61,325 nucleotides of DNA from IMG/VR virus record IMGVR_UViG_3300032321_000377, positions 1 to 61,325 of that record; one strand, given 5' to 3'. The stretch is from a virus. Lineage: Duplodnaviria > Caudoviricetes. Within the stretch, counting starts at the first letter, position 1. Each line of letters opens with the position of its first letter. The notes under the pieces are model-generated. The model was not told where the DNA came from. It searched no databases and saw nothing but the letters and a program-made list of their open reading frames with translations. This document shows positions 17,298-25,819 of this stretch, in pieces. The position numbers and the translations under genes were made by a program.

Positions 17298-19738
17298 GTA
17301 TCTTAAGATATAAACAAAAACTGTTTGCCGATGGCGGCGTTCTTAGAGCAGGTGGTGGTTCTAGTGGTGGGGGTGGTTCTAGCCAACCTCAACAAAACAC
17401 TACAGTTAATACTAATATTCCTGAGTACGCACGTCCCTATGTAGAGACAATGTTGGGTACTGCCCAGCAACAGATTTATAACTACGACTCTAGCGGTAAC
17501 GTAACTGGATTTAAACCCTACGTTCCTTATGGCGCTACTGTTGATGCAAACGGTAATATTACTAATACTGCCCAAGAACAAGCTGCTGCATCGGTTGCTC
17601 CATTTAGCCCATTACAACAAACATCTTTTTACAATGCTGGTAATTTAGGGCTTCCTGGTCAATACAACACAGGTACGGGTTATGCTGCTATGGGTGGTAT
17701 GGGCGCAGCTAACGTTGCAAATCGTGCGGCTAATGCTGGTAATCAATACAACATGATGGCAACAAACCCATACGCTACACAAGCATTCATGTCGCCTTAT
17801 ATTCAATCCGCATTACAACCACAATTACAAGAAATGAATCGTCAGTATGATATTACTGGTGGTCAAATGCAGGCTAAGGCAGTTGGTCAAGGCGCTTTCG
17901 GCGGTAATCGTGCTGCATTAGAACAAGCTGAAAACCAACGTAATAAAAATATTGCTATGAACCAAGCGATTGGTACTGGTTATCAAAATGCTTTCCAAGC
18001 TGCTCAACAAGCTCAGCAATATGGTGCTAACTTAGGTATGCAAGGTTATGGCACAGCACTTCAAGGTACAGGTCAACTAACTAGCGCTGGTACAGCTTTA
18101 GCTAATATCGGTAGTGCTCAGCTGCAAGGTCAGCAAGGCATTATTGGTTTACAGAACCAAATGGGCGGTCAGCAACAGACTCAGCAGCAGAATATGGTTA
18201 ACCAAGCGATGCAGAACTACGCTATGCAGCAGCAATATCCGCAGCAACAGCTTTCGTTTATGTCTGGTCTGACCCGTGGTTTGCCTATGCAAACTGCCAC
18301 TACACAGTCTTATCAAGCCGCTCCTTCCGCTATCTCTCAAATTTCTGGTCTCGGCTTAACAGGTGCTGCGGCTTATGGCTTGATGAAGAAAGAAGGCGGT
18401 GTTATTAAGTCTTATGCGCAAGGTGGCAATGTAGACATGGATCCTGATGGAGCCGATTTAGACAATCCACAAGGTTTTGTAAGCGGCGGTATTGCACAAG
18501 CTATTACTAATAGGGTTCGTATGAACCCTGATGGCTACTCTAAACCAATGATTGATAAAGGTACTAAGAGTGGTCTTGTTGATGACATCGTAGGTCTTGC
18601 TGCTATTCAAGAGAAGAATAAGAACGAGAAAGAGCGTCAGGCTCAAGCTGCTATGATGCAGCCGAAACCACCGACTGTTAAAGATCAGATTCTAGCCGAG
18701 CGTGCTGCGCTAGACCAGCAACGTGGTATTGAGATGGCTCAAAGCAACCTACCTACAGAATATGCAGGTGGCGGCATTATTGCTTTTGACGAAGGTGGTG
18801 ATGTAAGTGGTGGGTATAGCGAACTAGGTATCCCTATGGTTACTCCTTCTAACATGGGGAATTTAGCTACTATTACTCCAGGTAGTCCAGAAGCGTTGCT
18901 AGCTAACAAACAGATTACCCAAGAACAATTTGTTAAAATGAAAAGTAATGAAGCTGGTCCTACCGCCGCTGCCCCCGCTGCTAAACCTGAAACAGGTATT
19001 AAGATTCTTGGACCAAGTACACCAGCTACTAAACCCGCTACTGGTTTAGAAAAACTTACTGGCGCTCCCGACCAAAAAATTGATGCAAGCGGTTATGAGG
19101 GTATCGATTCTCTTATCAAACAACTTACTGGCGATCTAAAAGCTGGTGAAAAAGAAAGTAAAGATGCTCGTAAAGAAGCTAAGCTGATGGCTATGTTGGG
19201 TGCGGGTCTTGGTATTATGGGCGGCACTTCTCCATATGCTGGAGTTAACTTTAAAGGTGCTATGCCAGCACTCCAAGGCTACCAAGAAGAAATGCGTGGT
19301 ATCCGTTCCGACGAAGCTAAGCGTATTGGTCAAGTTGCTGCACTCAACCTTAAGGGTGTTGAACTCAAACAAGAACTTAAGAAATTGGGTATCAGCGAGA
19401 AACACTACAACGACTGGCGTGATGTTTACTTGGCTAAGGCTAACCGTCCAAGCGGTACTGCAGGTATGGGTTCTGTATCTAGTTCCGTTGTTCAAGCCGA
19501 ACTTAATAATTTGGAAGGTTATAAAGCTAATCCTGCTAGTGCCCCATTCTTTAAGCAGTTACCCCAAGATGCTCAGATTGCTTTAACTAAGACTAAGCCT
19601 GGTACAGAGTCTTATAATAGAAGCATGGAACTGTTCAATCAGTATGGTAATCAATACGTTCAAGGTAGACTAAATACGATGCGATCTTACGGTGCTAAAC
19701 AGTACCCAGGCGTTGCATCAGCTATGATTGAACCTTAA
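17294..19738 (+). CDS. Ejection protein 2
   Basis: Gln/Ala/Gly-rich helical protein, GAFGG.R motif, two hydrophobic segments, several xxGG motifs. Confidence 0.7.
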   Translation: MSILRYKQKLFADGGVLRAGGGSSGGGGSSQPQQNTTVNTNIPEYARPYVETMLGTAQQQIYNYDSSGNVTGFKPYVPYGATVDANGNITNTAQEQAAASVAPFSPLQQTSFYNAGNLGLPGQYNTGTGYAAMGGMGAANVANRAANAGNQYNMMATNPYATQAFMSPYIQSALQPQLQEMNRQYDITGGQMQAKAVGQGAFGGNRAALEQAENQRNKNIAMNQAIGTGYQNAFQAAQQAQQYGANLGMQGYGTALQGTGQLTSAGTALANIGSAQLQGQQGIIGLQNQMGGQQQTQQQNMVNQAMQNYAMQQQYPQQQLSFMSGLTRGLPMQTATTQSYQAAPSAISQISGLGLTGAAAYGLMKKEGGVIKSYAQGGNVDMDPDGADLDNPQGFVSGGIAQAITNRVRMNPDGYSKPMIDKGTKSGLVDDIVGLAAIQEKNKNEKERQAQAAMMQPKPPTVKDQILAERAALDQQRGIEMAQSNLPTEYAGGGIIAFDEGGDVSGGYSELGIPMVTPSNMGNLATITPGSPEALLANKQITQEQFVKMKSNEAGPTAAAPAAKPETGIKILGPSTPATKPATGLEKLTGAPDQKIDASGYEGIDSLIKQLTGDLKAGEKESKDARKEAKLMAMLGAGLGIMGGTSPYAGVNFKGAMPALQGYQEEMRGIRSDEAKRIGQVAALNLKGVELKQELKKLGISEKHYNDWRDVYLAKANRPSGTAGMGSVSSSVVQAELNNLEGYKANPASAPFFKQLPQDAQIALTKTKPGTESYNRSMELFNQYGNQYVQGRLNTMRSYGAKQYPGVASAMIEP

Positions 19739-19747
19739 GGAGCGTTT

Positions 19748-22700
19748 ATGCCACGGGTAGAAATTCCGGGAGTAGGGATTGTTAATTTCCCTGACAATAT
19801 GCCGCAAGATGAGATCATGACTCGTGCAGAGTCAATGCAAGCTCAGGCAAAAACACCACTTCTTAATCCTAAAGATTTACCTGCTTCTGAATTACTTAAA
19901 GGTGGTTTTTCTCGTGGTTTAGAAGGTCTTAAAGGTACAGCCTTTGATTTAATCCCTGCATTGGGTGGTTCTTTATTAGGTAAAGATGCTTACGCCAAAG
20001 AGCAACTACAAGAATATCAACAACGTATGGCTGCAGTTGAAGCAGAAAGTCCAACTGCATACAAGTCTTATAAAGATATTGGTGGGATTGGTGATGCTAT
20101 TGGATTTGGTGCAGAAACTCTTGGCGAGCTTGGTCCTGACCTTTTGTCATTTATTGGTGGCGCCGGACTTGGCGCACAGATAGGAAAACGAGTTGCTAAA
20201 AAAGGTGTAGAAGAAGCACTTCAAGCAGGTGCCGCTAAACAAGGCGCTAAACTAGGCTCTACAATCGGCTTAACTAGTGCATCAATGGCAACTAACGTGC
20301 CAGACGTATTCCAAAGTATCTACCAAGACACAGGCACACTACAACCTGGTATTGCTTTAACTATTGGTCCAATCGTAGGTATGCTAGATACGTACTTACC
20401 TGGTCGTATTCTTAAGCAATTAGGTCCTGAAGGCAAACAAATTCTTGCTGGTCAACTTTTAGATAAGTCCACGGTTGTACCTACCACTTGGAAAAAAGCC
20501 TTTACAGGGGAAATTCTTAAAACTACTGGCGGCGAAGCGCTAACTGAAGGCACGCAACAAGCCTTGCAAATAGCTGCGTCCCAAATTGCTGGTGATAAAA
20601 AAGGTTTTTTTGACCCGCAAAATATTGATAGCATTATTACCGCTTCACTAAAAGGCGCTATCGGCGGTGGCACACTTGGTGCTCCTACAGCCGCAATAGA
20701 AGCAGGCCGTAAAAAACAAGAATTTGCACAACTTCAAGTATTGCAGCAGCAAGAAGCTGAAAAGCAACGTGAGGAACAAGAACAAAAAGATTTACAAGAA
20801 TTGACTCGTCAGCAAACAGCTACTGGTGATTTGTTTGGTCAAGAAGTACCACAAGGTCCTGGCATCCCATCTACCACCGTAGCTGAAAGAGAACGTGCTG
20901 CTGACCCTGTTGGCGCAGCTATTAGCGATTTGGCTACGCAATATGCAAGCACTAGATCCGATATAGAACGTGGGGCTATAGAAGAAAAATTAAAACGTAT
21001 TAGCGATTCTTTACCTGCTCAATCGCACGAGAAGCAGATGCTTTTAGATTTGCTTGGGCCTTTACTGGGATACACTCCTGGCAAAGCCTACCCTACACAG
21101 TCTATTGATACAGCGCCGATTTCAGTTGACCAGCAAGGTGTTGCTAGAACTGCACAACAAGCTGAGGCAGAACGTACTACACCACAACAAGTTGAAGGAT
21201 ACCAAGCTGACTTGTTCCCACAAGAACTAGATTTAGCAGAAGCTCAAGCTCAAGCACAGGGTTTACCAGCAAACGTAGACCAAGCACTAGCTGGTCCTGC
21301 GCAAGCGCCTGCGCAATTTAAAACAATTTTGGATGCTCCTTCTTTACAAGGAACTGGTCTCAAACCACAATCTGGTTTCTTTAAAAAACTTCTTAACAAA
21401 GATTTAACAAACCCAGAAGACCAAGCGGCAGTACGTAATATACTTGTACAAGTTAAACAAAATCCAAACATAGCCGATTCGACTAAACAAGCCATCGAGT
21501 CTCTTGCTATGCAAGCCTTTGCTACTTTAGGTCAGCAAGCTAACATGGTAGGCCCTCGTGGCGGCATAAGAAGGGATGTAAATTATGGAAGAGTTCAGCC
21601 TAGACCTGCCGATCAAGCAAGTGGAGCAGGCGTTTCAGTTCCTGTGCAGCAAGTACCAGACGTTACCGAAGGAGCTGGAGCACTTGAGCGACCAGGATTG
21701 GTACCAGCTGGAGACATTACTAACGATGTTGGAAACAGAGAAGAAGTACAGCCAAATACATTAGCCGAGGAACAAAATGCGATACAACCTGAATTGGCTG
21801 CGCCGCAAGTGGAAGGAGAGCCTGCAACTACGGAAGGCCCTGCTGCTGGAATTACTGAAGGAGTTGGTGAAGTGGCTCCTGTGGCACTCGCTGAGCCTGC
21901 TGTACAAGCTGCCCCTGCCGAAGAAGTGGCGCCAGAGGTTGTTCCTGAAGTTGCTAAAGAGAAGCTAAGCAGAGCACAAAAAAGGTTAATAGAAGAGAAT
22001 TTACTAGAACTTAAAGCGGAAAGACGGTTAACAAAAGACGCTGAACTTATAAAAATACTTGACGAAGAGATTGCTAATACTGAAGCAGACCTTAAAGCGA
22101 GTAAATACCAAGTTGGTGAAGGCGCAGGTAACTTCACAGGTGACGTAACTAATCTAGCAAAAGACTTACGTGCCGCCCTAAATAAAATGGGGTTAAACAA
22201 AGTAGCTTTAAACTTAGAGAAAGTACTGTTTGATAAAGACGGAAACCCTGTTCAAGGTTTTTACAATAATCGACTAATCCAAGTTGCTTTAAATGCAACT
22301 AAGCTAGGGTATACCCTTGACCATGAAGCACTCCACGCTATGCGTGAACTTGGTTTCTTCTCCCCTAGCGATTGGGGGATGTTAAGTAATATGGCTAGAA
22401 ACACTTGGATGAAGCAGTATGGTATTGCAGCTAAATATCCAGAGCTAACCAAAGAAGAACAAATCGAAGAAGCTGTTGCCGAAGCCTTTGCAAACTTCCA
22501 ACAACAAGCGCCACAAACCCAGTCATTGATGACGAAAGTAATAAACTCCTTGCGTAGGCTCGGTAATTTCCTACGGGGTTATGGTTTCCAAGTTGCTGAG
22601 GATATTCTTGGTAAAGCTGCTAGTGGGCAGTTAGCTAAAGATCGTGCCGAAGTTATTGCTCGTTTTGATGACTATTTAGATACGCACCCTAGCTCCGAAG

Positions 22701-25522
22701 TTAAATATCAAGTAGCTGAGCAACGTTCTGTATTTACAGGCATGGATCGGGTTATTCGTGACATCCCTAACCTAAACGATTCTCAGAAAGCCGCAATCAG
22801 TGAAGGTGTTAAACGTGCTGGCGGCGCAGCAAAATCGGCTATCTTATCTTTATTACCTATGCACGCTTTGGGCGAAATAGCTAATGAGGTATTCCCTGGT
22901 CTTGGTTCTAGATTTAATCAGCTTATCAATGAGCGTAGTGGTTACCAAGATAACTTGAACCGTGGCACTGATGGTGTTATTGAAGAAGCTAAGAAAGCTA
23001 TTAAAGCTCGTCCTGAACAACGTGAGGCTTACAACAGAGTTGTTAATGAGAGCACTGTTAACGAAGTCGATCCTTCAGCTAAAGAAAACCGTAAGAAGTA
23101 TGAAAACGACCCCGACAAACTTAAGGCTTTTGATAAACTCCATGCCGAATACAACAAACTAGATAAAGTTTGGAAAGACTTGTATGTCACTATGCGTGGT
23201 GGCTACAAGCAGATGTATGAAGAAGTTAAAAAAGCCATTACTACTCGTATTGATGAAACTGATCTAGATGCAGCCACAAAGAAAAGCGTTAAGGATAGCG
23301 TTTTAGCTAAGCTGGCTGATAAAGGCATGATTGAGCCATACTTTGGCTTAGGTCGTGAAGGTCAATACTGGTTAGCCGCAGACTATAAAGATAAATCTGG
23401 TCAACAGCAATATACCGTAGAGGCATTTAAGTCTGACTATGAGCGCAAGACTCGTATGGAACAGTTGCAAAAGATGGGCGCTACTCGTATTGAACCATAC
23501 GCTAACGTAGCCGAAGTTAACTATCGTCGTGCCCCTACAGGCTCATTTGTTAATAGCGTACTAAACATTTTAGAGACAAACAAACCAAAAGATGGCCCTG
23601 CGGCTGAACGGTTTGAAAAAGCTATTGATGAGATGATGCGTCTATTCTTGACTACATTACCTGAGACTGCCTTTGCACAGTCATTCCAAAAACGTAAAGG
23701 TACTGCTGGTTTTATGGAAGATACAATTGGTGTGTTTGAGCGTAAGATGCGTAATACCGCTCATCAAGTGGCTAACATGGTCTACAACCCTAAATTGACT
23801 GGGGTAGTAGATACGATGCGTGAGCAAACAGTTACGGCAGGCAAGCTCGGAAAAGGAAACGCTTTAGAGAAAGAATACTTAGGCGAGTTTGAAAAGCATT
23901 TAGGTTATGTACTCAGCCCAACTAAGAATGACATCGGAAGCATCCTAACTTCCGCAGCGTTTACCTATACTCTTGGTTTTAACTTATCTTCTGCGTTAGT
24001 TAACATGGCTAACATACCAATGATTGTGGCTCCATATCTTAAGGGTAAGTATGCCGAAGCAGGTGTGGCCCGTGCTATTGGTGATGCTACTAAGTTATTT
24101 ACTGGTAGTGGATTAAAGACCAACATGCCTGTAATCGGTGCTGATGGTAGAACTACTGGTATGCGTGTAATGCCGTCCATTACTAACTATGCACCTGATT
24201 CTGAAATGGGTAAGCGTTATGCTACTTTAATTAGAATCGGCAACGAACAAGGGCAGTTCAATCGTTCCCAGCTGTATGAAATTATTAACGGCGACACCCG
24301 TACAGGTGTAATGGCTAAGTTTAATGCTCTGTCTGGCTGGATGTTCCACCATGGCGAGCGTATGAACCGTGAAGTTACTATGGTTGCAACTTACAACCTT
24401 GAGCTAGACCGTCTGATGAAAGATAAACCAAAAGGTTTAAACGAAACGGATTCTAAAGCATTTGATACACAAGCAGAAACTCAAGCAGCTAACACCGCTA
24501 TCTATACAACTGAGTTAACAAACGGTGGTATCTCCGCAGCTGCGGCCCCACGTATTGCGCAGAACTCAATTGGTAAGATGTTCTTCATGTACAAACGCTA
24601 TGGTATTTCTATGTATTACATGATGTTCAAGACTGCTAAAGAAGCCCTTAAAGGCGAAACTAAAGAAGCTCGTCAAGCCGCATTTAGACAACTTGGCGGA
24701 ATTGTCGGTATGTCTGCATTGATGGCTGGTGCACAGGGCATCCCAATGTTTGGTGCTTTATCTTTAGTCTACAGCTTGTTTACAGATGATGACGAAGATG
24801 ATTTAGATGCGGTAACTCAGAAGGCTTTGGGTGACTTCCTCTATAAAGGTCCTGTTGAATACGCAACTAACCTAGCTATTGCTGGTCGTATTACTTTGAA
24901 TGACTTGATTATTCGTGATGCTCCTAAGGGTAGCGCATCAACTTTCTCTCAGCAGTTAGCCCAAGCTCTAGGTGGGCCTGTAGTGGGTGTAGCCGATAGG
25001 ATACAACGTGGTTATAGTAAGTTTAATGAGGGTAATATTGCACGTGCTATGGAAGATCTTCCACCTTCTGCGATTGCTAACGCATTCAAAGCATACCGCT
25101 ATGCCACCGAAGGTACTAAGACCTTGCGTGGTGATCCTATAACAGGTGAGGTAAGCCTGTATAACTCCGTAGCTCAAGCACTTGGCTTTGCCCCTGCCGA
25201 TTACACCCGCCAGCTTGAAATCAATGCCCGTGAAAAAGGTATTGACAAGACTGTTAATACCCAAGCTAGCAAACAAAAACAAAAGTATTACATTGCTAAG
25301 CGTGAGGGCGATCTTGACGGCATGAATAATGCTAAAGAGAAGTTACTTGAAATTGGTGCTAAGCATCCTGGCTTAGGAATTACTCAAGGCACTGTTGCAG
25401 ACGTACTTAATCGTTCTATAAAAGCGCAAGAACGTGCCACTAAAGAGATGATTAACGGTGTTCGATACAACAAGAAGCGCCTCAAAGAAGTCCAAGACAG
25501 TATGGCTGAGTACGAAGACTAA
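19748..25522 (+). CDS. Giant ejection / polyvalent protein (1924 aa) with HExxH metallopeptidase-like domain
   Basis: Last gene of the structural arm. DHEALH...EEAVAE zincin-like motif; YFGLGREGQY resembles the PLxRFG motif. Confidence 0.75.
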   Translation: MPRVEIPGVGIVNFPDNMPQDEIMTRAESMQAQAKTPLLNPKDLPASELLKGGFSRGLEGLKGTAFDLIPALGGSLLGKDAYAKEQLQEYQQRMAAVEAESPTAYKSYKDIGGIGDAIGFGAETLGELGPDLLSFIGGAGLGAQIGKRVAKKGVEEALQAGAAKQGAKLGSTIGLTSASMATNVPDVFQSIYQDTGTLQPGIALTIGPIVGMLDTYLPGRILKQLGPEGKQILAGQLLDKSTVVPTTWKKAFTGEILKTTGGEALTEGTQQALQIAASQIAGDKKGFFDPQNIDSIITASLKGAIGGGTLGAPTAAIEAGRKKQEFAQLQVLQQQEAEKQREEQEQKDLQELTRQQTATGDLFGQEVPQGPGIPSTTVAERERAADPVGAAISDLATQYASTRSDIERGAIEEKLKRISDSLPAQSHEKQMLLDLLGPLLGYTPGKAYPTQSIDTAPISVDQQGVARTAQQAEAERTTPQQVEGYQADLFPQELDLAEAQAQAQGLPANVDQALAGPAQAPAQFKTILDAPSLQGTGLKPQSGFFKKLLNKDLTNPEDQAAVRNILVQVKQNPNIADSTKQAIESLAMQAFATLGQQANMVGPRGGIRRDVNYGRVQPRPADQASGAGVSVPVQQVPDVTEGAGALERPGLVPAGDITNDVGNREEVQPNTLAEEQNAIQPELAAPQVEGEPATTEGPAAGITEGVGEVAPVALAEPAVQAAPAEEVAPEVVPEVAKEKLSRAQKRLIEENLLELKAERRLTKDAELIKILDEEIANTEADLKASKYQVGEGAGNFTGDVTNLAKDLRAALNKMGLNKVALNLEKVLFDKDGNPVQGFYNNRLIQVALNATKLGYTLDHEALHAMRELGFFSPSDWGMLSNMARNTWMKQYGIAAKYPELTKEEQIEEAVAEAFANFQQQAPQTQSLMTKVINSLRRLGNFLRGYGFQVAEDILGKAASGQLAKDRAEVIARFDDYLDTHPSSEVKYQVAEQRSVFTGMDRVIRDIPNLNDSQKAAISEGVKRAGGAAKSAILSLLPMHALGEIANEVFPGLGSRFNQLINERSGYQDNLNRGTDGVIEEAKKAIKARPEQREAYNRVVNESTVNEVDPSAKENRKKYENDPDKLKAFDKLHAEYNKLDKVWKDLYVTMRGGYKQMYEEVKKAITTRIDETDLDAATKKSVKDSVLAKLADKGMIEPYFGLGREGQYWLAADYKDKSGQQQYTVEAFKSDYERKTRMEQLQKMGATRIEPYANVAEVNYRRAPTGSFVNSVLNILETNKPKDGPAAERFEKAIDEMMRLFLTTLPETAFAQSFQKRKGTAGFMEDTIGVFERKMRNTAHQVANMVYNPKLTGVVDTMREQTVTAGKLGKGNALEKEYLGEFEKHLGYVLSPTKNDIGSILTSAAFTYTLGFNLSSALVNMANIPMIVAPYLKGKYAEAGVARAIGDATKLFTGSGLKTNMPVIGADGRTTGMRVMPSITNYAPDSEMGKRYATLIRIGNEQGQFNRSQLYEIINGDTRTGVMAKFNALSGWMFHHGERMNREVTMVATYNLELDRLMKDKPKGLNETDSKAFDTQAETQAANTAIYTTELTNGGISAAAAPRIAQNSIGKMFFMYKRYGISMYYMMFKTAKEALKGETKEARQAAFRQLGGIVGMSALMAGAQGIPMFGALSLVYSLFTDDDEDDLDAVTQKALGDFLYKGPVEYATNLAIAGRITLNDLIIRDAPKGSASTFSQQLAQALGGPVVGVADRIQRGYSKFNEGNIARAMEDLPPSAIANAFKAYRYATEGTKTLRGDPITGEVSLYNSVAQALGFAPADYTRQLEINAREKGIDKTVNTQASKQKQKYYIAKREGDLDGMNNAKEKLLEIGAKHPGLGITQGTVADVLNRSIKAQERATKEMINGVRYNKKRLKEVQDSMAEYED
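21585..21764 (+). CDS. Overprinted 59-aa helical protein in the +1 frame of the giant ejection gene
   Basis: MEEFSLDLPIKQVEQAFQFLCSKYQTLPKELEHLSDQDWYQLETLLTMLETEKKYSQIH*. AAGGGA upstream. The host frame here is a low-complexity linker. Confidence 0.6.
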   Translation: MEEFSLDLPIKQVEQAFQFLCSKYQTLPKELEHLSDQDWYQLETLLTMLETEKKYSQIH

Positions 25523-25549
25523 AAAAATCCCCGTTTTTAGGCGGGGATT
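25521..25549 (-). terminator. Intrinsic terminator at the convergence of the two arms
   Basis: Stem AATCCCCG/CGGGGATT followed by a T-run on the minus strand. Confidence 0.75.
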
Positions 25550-25606
25550 CAAGGGGTTCCTCACGTTTGAGAACTAGCAACAGGAGAATGTTGCCTAGAA
25601 AGTATA

Positions 25607-25819
25607 TTACAGAATCCGCCAAAAGCGCATACCTAATTTTCCAGATTCGATTCTGTCAAATCCTCTTATCTGCATTTGCTTACGCTTTGCAAGTATTTGC
25701 ATCTGTTTCTTTAACATTGCTAAGTTAACAGCAGGTATAAAAACTGAAGTGCCTATCTCAAAAGCACCCCAGTTTATGTCAATAACCACACCATCAGGAC
25801 AGACTTGGCCCTCCCTCAT
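25607..25819 (-). CDS. Small hypothetical protein after the primase-helicase
   Basis: W..F..G.SVFIP...G.RFWR pattern. Likely start ATG 25819, overlapping the primase end. Confidence 0.65.
   Translation of the reverse strand: MREGQVCPDGVVIDINWGAFEIGTSVFIPAVNLAMLKKQMQILAKRKQMQIRGFDRIESGKLGMRFWRIL

Noticed and set aside
21777-21968. Second +1 frame ORF inside the giant gene, with GAGGA upstream
   Set aside because: Its Leu/Lys-rich composition is what a shadow frame of GCT/GAA codons produces. Left uncalled, but worth checking alongside 21585..21764.
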